Positions 45,956 to 52,352 of a stretch of DNA of 52,352 nt are shown here, piece after piece. Source of the stretch: Candidatus Hermodarchaeota archaeon (GTDB lineage: Archaea; Asgardarchaeota; Hermodarchaeia; Hermodarchaeales; Hermodarchaeaceae); the NCBI GenBank assembly GCA_016839365.1, contig JAEOUH010000058.1:1-52352 (forward strand), in the 5' to 3' direction. The notes under the pieces are model-generated. The model was given only the letters and a program-made list of their open reading frames with translations. It made no database searches and was not told where the DNA came from. Positions within the stretch are counted from its first letter, which is position 1, and each line of letters opens with the position of its first letter. The position numbers and the translations under genes were made by a program.

Positions 45956-47314
45956 TCAACCAACTCTGTAGCCTTTTTCTTCCCAGATTTTACGCATCAC
46001 GGGGTGCTCTTTCAAGAAGGCATCGACTTCCACCTTAGGCACTCGGTTAAATGGACATGAGAAGTTCACGCACCGGAGACACAACCACCCAAAGAGAATA
46101 GCTCCCAGGACGATAGCGCCAAACAATGCAAACACCAAGAACAACCATTGTTGAGCCCACACCAGAAAAGGAAAGGGGAATCCAATCATAATCGCAACCC
46201 CAATAACCGTCTGGACCTGCTCGGATCGGCTCATGGGCGCTGGATTATACTTCCATAGCTTGAAGAGCCCATAATTGGCATGACACCGGAGAGTTCGACC
46301 TTCGTTGCCATAATGGGGACAATGACTGCAAAGAATCTTATTCTCCCAAATCTGCAGAAAGAAAATCGCATAAACAATCCAAATGAGAAGGAAAATCCAC
46401 ATTCCGGCGAGTAATAAGCCTAGCACTACTGGGATGAGGATGGTCACGAAACCCAAAGCAAACATCACTAGCGGCTTCGCTTCGAACATTCGGAGCAGCT
46501 GTCCTTTCGCATCTGAGGTTCCAATCCACGTGATAGCAAACAGAAACAAGAAGGCCACTGTCCCAATTAATCCGGCTTCAGGTCCCACAATGCCCCCCGT
46601 GAGTATTTCTGGACCGAGATTTTGATACTGGTACAAACCTTGGCCCCGGATTCCAATGATATAATACAGGACGAAATTCCATCCGAAATGTAGACCTATT
46701 GGCAACCAAAGGTTTCGAGTGCGAGCGAAAGATAAGCCTAACCAGATACCCGCGATGAAAAGGTTGCAAAACATGATGATGGCTGGGACTGGCGGAAGCG
46801 CGAAGAAGAGGAAGATACTTGGAGTGTGGAACATTGCGAACATGAATGCTGTAATGAGGATCGCAAACGGCGCTGTGATCCGGGTTGCTAGGTTCTGCTG
46901 AATGTAACCTCGGCTACCCATTTCCTCTCCGATTGCTACTATGGCGGTGTTTAACCCATACACCGTCAGGGCTCCTAAAAGAAGACCCAGTGGCTGGCCC
47001 AAATAATCGGGAGTGAGGCTGATCCAGCCTAAGAGGACTTGAAGCCACATTACAAGGAAAACCACGAGACCAGCGAATACAATACCTAGGAGCAATTGGA
47101 GCCACCAGGTTCGGGAAAAGCGAAAACCCAACTCCTCAGGCTTCTGTTGGTCCACGTATATCCACAGGAGCAAGACAACGAGAATGAGGATATAGTAGTA
47201 AAGCTCTCCCACAATAGGAATTAAGTATGTCAGCGTGGTGAGTATCAAAGTGAAGACGAAGAAGACTACGGCTGTTAGCCATCGTGGAATTCGAGGTTCC
47301 GCTGACTCAATCAT
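45956..47314 (-). CDS. CPBP intramembrane protease fused to a Cys-rich membrane domain
   Basis: EEMGSRG, FAMFH, NLWLPIGLHFGWN and GPEAGL, then CSHCPHY...CHANYG...CLRCVNFSCPFNRVP with additional TM helices. Confidence 0.8.
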   Translation of the reverse strand: MIESAEPRIPRWLTAVVFFVFTLILTTLTYLIPIVGELYYYILILVVLLLWIYVDQQKPEELGFRFSRTWWLQLLLGIVFAGLVVFLVMWLQVLLGWISLTPDYLGQPLGLLLGALTVYGLNTAIVAIGEEMGSRGYIQQNLATRITAPFAILITAFMFAMFHTPSIFLFFALPPVPAIIMFCNLFIAGIWLGLSFARTRNLWLPIGLHFGWNFVLYYIIGIRGQGLYQYQNLGPEILTGGIVGPEAGLIGTVAFLFLFAITWIGTSDAKGQLLRMFEAKPLVMFALGFVTILIPVVLGLLLAGMWIFLLIWIVYAIFFLQIWENKILCSHCPHYGNEGRTLRCHANYGLFKLWKYNPAPMSRSEQVQTVIGVAIMIGFPFPFLVWAQQWLFLVFALFGAIVLGAILFGWLCLRCVNFSCPFNRVPKVEVDAFLKEHPVMRKIWEEKGYRVG

Positions 47315-47407
47315 GGCGTGAACCTGTATCGTCTTTCCATAAAACTTTAGGTGCTCATGCAAACTCTCGATGCGAACCCTTAGCTACTCTCCGAGGAGGA
47401 ATAAATA

Positions 47408-47656
47408 ATTCCGCGGCAAATCAAAGTCACTGTTGAAGAAAATCTGTGTAAAGGGTGTGGCATTTGCATCCTCTTTTGTCCTACCAAAATCCTTGAAGAG
47501 GGAAGAATCACAGCGTGGGGAGGACAAAGCCCTTGTCTCAAAGAGGGGGGTGCAACCAAATGCATGCTAGTCCAAGGCAAGCAAGGCGTAGCTTGTCGGC
47601 TTTGTGAGAAACGGTGTCCTGATGCAGCAATAGTGATTGAGGTGGAAGAACAATGA
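47408..47656 (+). CDS. korD: 2-oxoacid:ferredoxin oxidoreductase delta subunit (2x[4Fe-4S] ferredoxin); non-canonical start, absent from the ORF track
   Basis: IPRQIKVTVEENLCKGCGICILFCP...C-x10-CRLCEKRCPDAAI...EEQ*. GAGGAGG RBS at 47393-47399, ATT at 47408, in-frame TAA at 47402. TGA overlaps the korA ATG. Confidence 0.88.
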   Translation: MPRQIKVTVEENLCKGCGICILFCPTKILEEGRITAWGGQSPCLKEGGATKCMLVQGKQGVACRLCEKRCPDAAIVIEVEEQ

Positions 47657-48789
47657 AGGCTGGATTGCATTTTGTGGATGGTGGCACTGCCTGCGCCGAA
47701 GGTGCAATTTACGCGGGGTGCCGCTTCTTTGCAGGCTACCCCATTACTCCTGCGACAAGTATCGTTGAGTGGATGGCCAAACGACTCCCCCAAAAGAAAG
47801 GTTACTACCTCCAAATGGAAGACGAAATCGCCTCCATAGCCGCCATCATTGGAGCCTCCTGGGCGGGAGGGAAAGCGATGACTGCCACCTCAGGACCCGG
47901 TTTCAGCCTCATGCAAGAAAACCTCGGTTATGCCTACCTCACGGAAACACCGTTGGTTGTTGTCGATGCCCAACGATCAGGTCCTAGTACTGGCCAAGCT
48001 ACCATGCCTGGCCAACAAGACATTATGCAGGCAAGGTATGGGACACACGGAGACGTAGCGCCGATTGCTTTCTGTCCATGGTCAGTGCAAGAAATGTTTG
48101 AGTTTACAATTCATGCATTCAACTACGCTGAGCGCTTCCGGACACCAACTCTTGTCATGACGGATGGCGAAATCAGCTATATGCGGGAAGCTCTCCAGAT
48201 TCCCAAATCCGGCGAGTTCCCCGTTATTGACCGGCAACGCCTTACAAAGAAACATTCCTCTCCAGATGAGATCTTCTTACGCTACGAAATGCCACGGTTT
48301 GGCGATGGAATGAACCTCCTAGTGACAGGTTCAGCCCATCGACCAACTGGAGTTCGCGATTACACCCCACATTTTCATCGAGCAACCATTAACTGGCTGT
48401 TTGAGAAGAGTCGCCAGGCTGGAGTTGCCCTGAATGCGGAGGGACTAGATGTGGATGTCTTGCATCTCGACTCTGCATCCACTGCTGTACTTAGCTTTGG
48501 AGCCTCAGCTCGACCCGCTTATCAGGCAGTCCTTACTGCAAGGAAGAACGGATCCGATGTCGGTTTTGTTCGGTTGAAAACACTATGGCCCTTGCCTGAA
48601 CAACGGCTCCTCGAGGTTTTTGCTAATGTTCAGCGGATCTTCGTTGTGGAAATGAACATGGGAATGATGGTCAACGAAATTGCTCGAATTGCTAAACATG
48701 CCACAGTTGTCAGCATACCAAAAGTGGCAGGGGAGGTCCATCAATCGAGTGAAATCCTCGATCGAATCATGGAGGATGAATCTGTATGA
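47653..48789 (+). CDS. korA: 2-oxoacid:ferredoxin oxidoreductase alpha subunit
   Basis: AGYPITPAT, QMEDEIAS, TATSGPGFSLMQE, QRSGPSTG and VEMNMG. Confidence 0.93.
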   Translation: MKAGLHFVDGGTACAEGAIYAGCRFFAGYPITPATSIVEWMAKRLPQKKGYYLQMEDEIASIAAIIGASWAGGKAMTATSGPGFSLMQENLGYAYLTETPLVVVDAQRSGPSTGQATMPGQQDIMQARYGTHGDVAPIAFCPWSVQEMFEFTIHAFNYAERFRTPTLVMTDGEISYMREALQIPKSGEFPVIDRQRLTKKHSSPDEIFLRYEMPRFGDGMNLLVTGSAHRPTGVRDYTPHFHRATINWLFEKSRQAGVALNAEGLDVDVLHLDSASTAVLSFGASARPAYQAVLTARKNGSDVGFVRLKTLWPLPEQRLLEVFANVQRIFVVEMNMGMMVNEIARIAKHATVVSIPKVAGEVHQSSEILDRIMEDESV

Positions 48790-49691
48790 CCCAACCCAAT
48801 CCATCTATAGGCAAATCCCAGCGGTACTATCGTGAAACCTATCTGCGGAATCTTCCTAGCGCGTTTTGTGCTGGATGCGGAAATGGAACTATCCTCAACG
48901 CCTTTGTTAGAGCAGTCGATGAACTGATTACAGCTAAAGAACTCAAACAGCAAGACATTCTGGCAATTTCGGGCATTGGCTGTTCAGCTTGGATTCCGAG
49001 CCCACATTTCCGGGGCGACACCCTACACACAACACATGGTCGCCCAATCGCCTTTGCCACCGGCGCTAAAGTCATGAACCCCAAATTGAATGTCGTTGTC
49101 TTTACAGGCGATGGGGACGGGGCGGCGATTGGTGGAAACCACCTCATTCACGCCGCTAGACGAAACATCCCAATGACGGTCATCCTGGTAAACAACCTTA
49201 ACTATGGCATGACGGGAGGCCAATCAGCTCCCACCACTCCTCTCCACGTTCAGACCTCCACCTATCCCCAGCATCCAGAAGCACCATTTGATCTCACCCG
49301 ATTGGTGGAGGGAGCCGGAGCAAGCTTCATCGCAAGGTGGACAACCTTCTATGTTGATGAACTCATCCGAACCATTAAAGATGCGATGCTGCATCCAGGC
49401 TTTGCGTTCATTGAAATCATTGCCCAATGCCCCACTTATGCTGCCCGGTTCTTAACCGAGTATCAAGGCACCTTGTCTCCTGATGAACGGGAACAATATC
49501 GCCGCCATCCAGGGGCCTGGATGCTCAAGGCCCTGAAGGGCAAAAAGAAAGGAGAAGCGTTAGGCTATCCCCGATATCAACTCACCTTGAAGGATACGCT
49601 CATGGAATTAGGAATCTTCAAGCGTGAACAACGGCCAACCCTAATTGACCATTTGCAGGGGCTATGGGGTTTGACGGAGGTCGATAAGTAA
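48786..49691 (+). CDS. korB: 2-oxoacid:ferredoxin oxidoreductase beta subunit (TPP-binding)
   Basis: FCAGCG, SGIGCS, HTTHGR, GDGD..AIGGNH, NNLNYGMTGGQ and QCPT. Confidence 0.93.
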   Translation: MTQPNPSIGKSQRYYRETYLRNLPSAFCAGCGNGTILNAFVRAVDELITAKELKQQDILAISGIGCSAWIPSPHFRGDTLHTTHGRPIAFATGAKVMNPKLNVVVFTGDGDGAAIGGNHLIHAARRNIPMTVILVNNLNYGMTGGQSAPTTPLHVQTSTYPQHPEAPFDLTRLVEGAGASFIARWTTFYVDELIRTIKDAMLHPGFAFIEIIAQCPTYAARFLTEYQGTLSPDEREQYRRHPGAWMLKALKGKKKGEALGYPRYQLTLKDTLMELGIFKREQRPTLIDHLQGLWGLTEVDK

Positions 49692-49693
49692 TC

Positions 49694-50269
49694 ATGTATT
49701 ACACAGTACGATTTGCAGGCTATGGGGGGTATGGTGTCGTCACAGCAAGCAGAACTCTTGGTCTAACCTTTACTCGAAAAGGTCTGCATGTTTTACAAAC
49801 TGAATCCCACGGTGCCGCAGCACGCGGGGGTGCGTGTACCGCTGACCTCACCGTCTCCACTAATCCGATATATGAGTTGGGATTCCAAAAACCAAACGCT
49901 CTAATTGTTCTCTCCACACCGGCATTCAGCAAGTGTTGTTCGATTAGTCCGGACTTGAGTAGTGACTTGCTCCTCCTTGAAACTGAAATCGTGGACGACC
50001 CCGTAGTGCAGATGGGCCTAGCCGATTTATCCCCCAATAACGGTACAACGATTTATCAAGCAAACATCCGGGAAATCGCGAGCCTACTCGGGCACATACG
50101 ATACATGGGGGTGGCATCTCTGGGTGCCCTCGCAGCCATAGACGATCGAGTTGAAATCTCTCTGCTTGAGCAGACAATCAAAACGGATAGCAAACTCAGG
50201 CGATTTGAAAAAGAAAACCTGAAGGCCCTGCATGGTGGAGCTGCGGCTGTCAGCATCCACAAGTCATAA
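49694..50269 (+). CDS. korC: 2-oxoacid:ferredoxin oxidoreductase gamma subunit
   Basis: RFAGYGGYGVV, SHGAAARGG and ENLKALHGG; last gene of the kor operon. Confidence 0.85.
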   Translation: MYYTVRFAGYGGYGVVTASRTLGLTFTRKGLHVLQTESHGAAARGGACTADLTVSTNPIYELGFQKPNALIVLSTPAFSKCCSISPDLSSDLLLLETEIVDDPVVQMGLADLSPNNGTTIYQANIREIASLLGHIRYMGVASLGALAAIDDRVEISLLEQTIKTDSKLRRFEKENLKALHGGAAAVSIHKS

Positions 50270-50321
50270 ATGCATTAATTATGACACTCGGACCTCAGAG
50301 AAACCTCTTGAGCGGATTCGG

Positions 50322-51254
50322 TTGAGCACATCTCGAAAGGTCAATTATCTGAGTCTGGTCATCGCCGCAGTCTGCTTTGGGACCATCGCGGTGTTTTCTT
50401 ACTATTTGTCGCTCCTAGGGGTTTCCTCATTACAACAAGCGCTATTTCGTATAGGTTTCACCGTGCTCTTTCTTTTCATCGGGCTCGGTCTTGCTTACTC
50501 TTTCCGAGGGATAACCCTTCAGCGAAAACATCTTTCCTTCTTTGCCGTATATGGATTGCTTGGCATTGCCCTCAGCATAATCGTCTACATCACTGCCATA
50601 GCCATTGGGACACCTGTTGTTGTCGCCGTATCCATCACCTATCTGTACCCGGCTATTACTCTGCTCATGGGTCGTATCTTTCTTGATGAAAAATTAACCT
50701 TCCTAAGACTCATTGCAGTTCCCCTATCAATTGCTGGTGCTGTGATAGTGTCTGTGCCCATCTTCCCCTATGTTGCCGCCGTTCCCATCGCTGGGATTAT
50801 TCTATCATTCTCGAATGCCATCTTCGCTGCTGTCTATGTGGTCTTGGGGCGTAAATGGGGTGGGTATGAAGGGTACCGGCCTTCAGTGACCACCTTCTGG
50901 GGATTCTTTTTTGCCCTGGTTTGGATGGGTCCGATTATTCTCATTATCAGCCTCTTTGTCAGCGATCCTCGTGTTGTTGGCATCCAACTCTTTCAACCAC
51001 TTCCTGTGTGGCTTCTTCTTATGGCATTTGCATTGATTGCCACCACCATTCCGTATTTATTGACGAACGTGGGAGTCGAAAAAGTCGATGCCTCCGCGGC
51101 TTCAATCATCCTCTTGTTAGATCCAATAAGTGCAGTTTTATTTGGGATTATCTTTCTTAGCCAACCAGTGGCAATTTGGCAGGCGTTTGGAGCCGTCCTC
51201 ATTTTCTTGGCTACGGCATTGATTGCGTTAGAACCACGATTCCACACACGGTAA
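50322..51254 (+). CDS. DMT/EamA-family transporter
   Basis: Two EamA repeats (YLYPAIT....IFLDEKLT; ASIILLLDPISAVLFGIIFLSQ). TTG start at ~50322. Confidence 0.88.
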   Translation: MSTSRKVNYLSLVIAAVCFGTIAVFSYYLSLLGVSSLQQALFRIGFTVLFLFIGLGLAYSFRGITLQRKHLSFFAVYGLLGIALSIIVYITAIAIGTPVVVAVSITYLYPAITLLMGRIFLDEKLTFLRLIAVPLSIAGAVIVSVPIFPYVAAVPIAGIILSFSNAIFAAVYVVLGRKWGGYEGYRPSVTTFWGFFFALVWMGPIILIISLFVSDPRVVGIQLFQPLPVWLLLMAFALIATTIPYLLTNVGVEKVDASAASIILLLDPISAVLFGIIFLSQPVAIWQAFGAVLIFLATALIALEPRFHTR

Positions 51255-51343
51255 GATATTATGCGCACTGTGGATGCCAGCAACCAATGAACCGTATCCA
51301 TTATAACCTGCCAAGATGCAGTTTGAGGAGAGGAGGCTAAACC

Positions 51344-52330
51344 GTGACCCTGCCAAAAGGCAAACTTATGTTATCTGATCTTGAACGTCTAGTTTTTCCA
51401 CATTTACCCCGTGTCGATGATCCACGTCCTGTTCTCTTAGACTATGGTTCAGCTCGAATCGATGGGAACGTGGTCGTTGCCTCAGATCCGGTCCTCGGGA
51501 TACCTCTTCAGTTCTATGGGTTTTTTGCGGTCCATTATTCTGCTACTGATGTAGCCATGGCGTGGGCAAACCCCCAATACCTGTCCTTAGGAATATATTA
51601 TCCACCAGACACAGAAGAAGAATGGCTTTCAACAACCATGATCCAATTAGGTCAAGAGGCGAACCAGTTAAATCTCAAAATCATCGGGGGTCATACAGGT
51701 GGTTATGACGGGCTTACCATTCCAGTGTTCACGAGCACTTGTATCGGTATCCTTCCCGATGAAGCCCCTCAAATACCGAAAGTATCTCCAGGTCACGTGG
51801 TAATTGCGGTGGGACCAATTGCGCGTGAAACACTCTGGTTCTTAGCCAATGTGGAGCCATCAACTGTCGATGCAATCCTCTCACGTCCGCGGCGAGAAGA
51901 AATTGCAGGTGACCTAGACCCGTTCTCAGTGGTCCCTCTCATAAAACACCTTCCCCGGGAAAGAATCGCGCTGCTACATGATATTGCGGAAGGGGGGCTA
52001 GCCACGGCCTTGTTTGAGTTAAAGCAGGCGACTAGGCTAGGAATCACAATTCAGGCTAGTGAGATTCCCTGGGATGATTCCAGTCTCCATTTATTCAATT
52101 ATCTACGCTGGAACCCACTCTATTGCTCATCCTTTGGCAACTTTCTGATTGTCACAGAGAGCGAAGCAGCAAACGAAATCATCCAGACGATAAAAGGGTT
52201 CAACAGAAAGGCGGCTGTCATCGGGGCTTTCACTAAAAAGAAGCATGTGATTATTGAGACTGATGAAAAGTCAGAGCGTCTCAAACCTGGAGAAGACCCG
52301 TATACACGCTATACAGATCAAATCACCTGA
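51344..52330 (+). CDS. AIR-synthase-like (PurM/HypE/ThiL superfamily) protein
   Basis: GKL, VASDP, AVHYSATDVA, IIGGHT, LHDIAEGGL and AAVIG. Confidence 0.8.
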   Translation: MTLPKGKLMLSDLERLVFPHLPRVDDPRPVLLDYGSARIDGNVVVASDPVLGIPLQFYGFFAVHYSATDVAMAWANPQYLSLGIYYPPDTEEEWLSTTMIQLGQEANQLNLKIIGGHTGGYDGLTIPVFTSTCIGILPDEAPQIPKVSPGHVVIAVGPIARETLWFLANVEPSTVDAILSRPRREEIAGDLDPFSVVPLIKHLPRERIALLHDIAEGGLATALFELKQATRLGITIQASEIPWDDSSLHLFNYLRWNPLYCSSFGNFLIVTESEAANEIIQTIKGFNRKAAVIGAFTKKKHVIIETDEKSERLKPGEDPYTRYTDQIT

Positions 52331-52352
52331 TCACACTTCGTCTAGCGGAAAA

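Noticed and set aside
47380-47814. 144-aa minus-strand ORF in the track
   Set aside because: Antisense shadow of korD/korA, which carry clear motifs on the plus strand.
1-52352. tRNA, rRNA, CRISPR arrays, transposases or integrases
   Set aside because: None recognised by eye. T-loop-like strings (e.g. near 29250 and 33110) lie inside CDSs, and no regularly spaced repeats were seen. tRNAscan-SE/Infernal would be needed to exclude them formally.

Overview
Gene-dense archaeal chromosomal segment, most likely from an Asgard archaeon. This is inferred from a two-domain gelsolin, H4MPT/methanofuran C1 genes and many TTG/GTG starts. All calls rest on motif recognition by eye; no database search was run. 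Core metabolism: scattered ftr, fwdA, fwdB and fwdD, plus cofE, a RimK/MptN-type glutamate ligase broken by an in-frame TAA, mobA, a four-subunit 2-oxoacid:ferredoxin oxidoreductase (its delta subunit is missing from the ORF track and has no canonical start), sdaAB/sdaAA, cdd, a K+-independent membrane pyrophosphatase, CopA with a PadR-TRASH regulator, and a PAS histidine kinase with a stand-alone receiver. Best candidates for undescribed systems: (1) an ECF transporter whose S-component and an upstream surface protein carry three Cys-less sulfite-oxidase/molybdopterin-binding-like domains, preceded by a 30-bp palindrome; (2) a MurL-like PP-loop ATPase + Ddl-like ATP-grasp ligase + GNAT operon directly downstream of fwdA, convergent on a PLP enzyme; (3) three paralogous ~470-aa double-HTH/Lrp-like proteins, one heading tandem Pol-beta nucleotidyltransferases and divergent from a structured leader plus two orphan ORFs. 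No rRNA, tRNA, CRISPR array or transposase was recognised.
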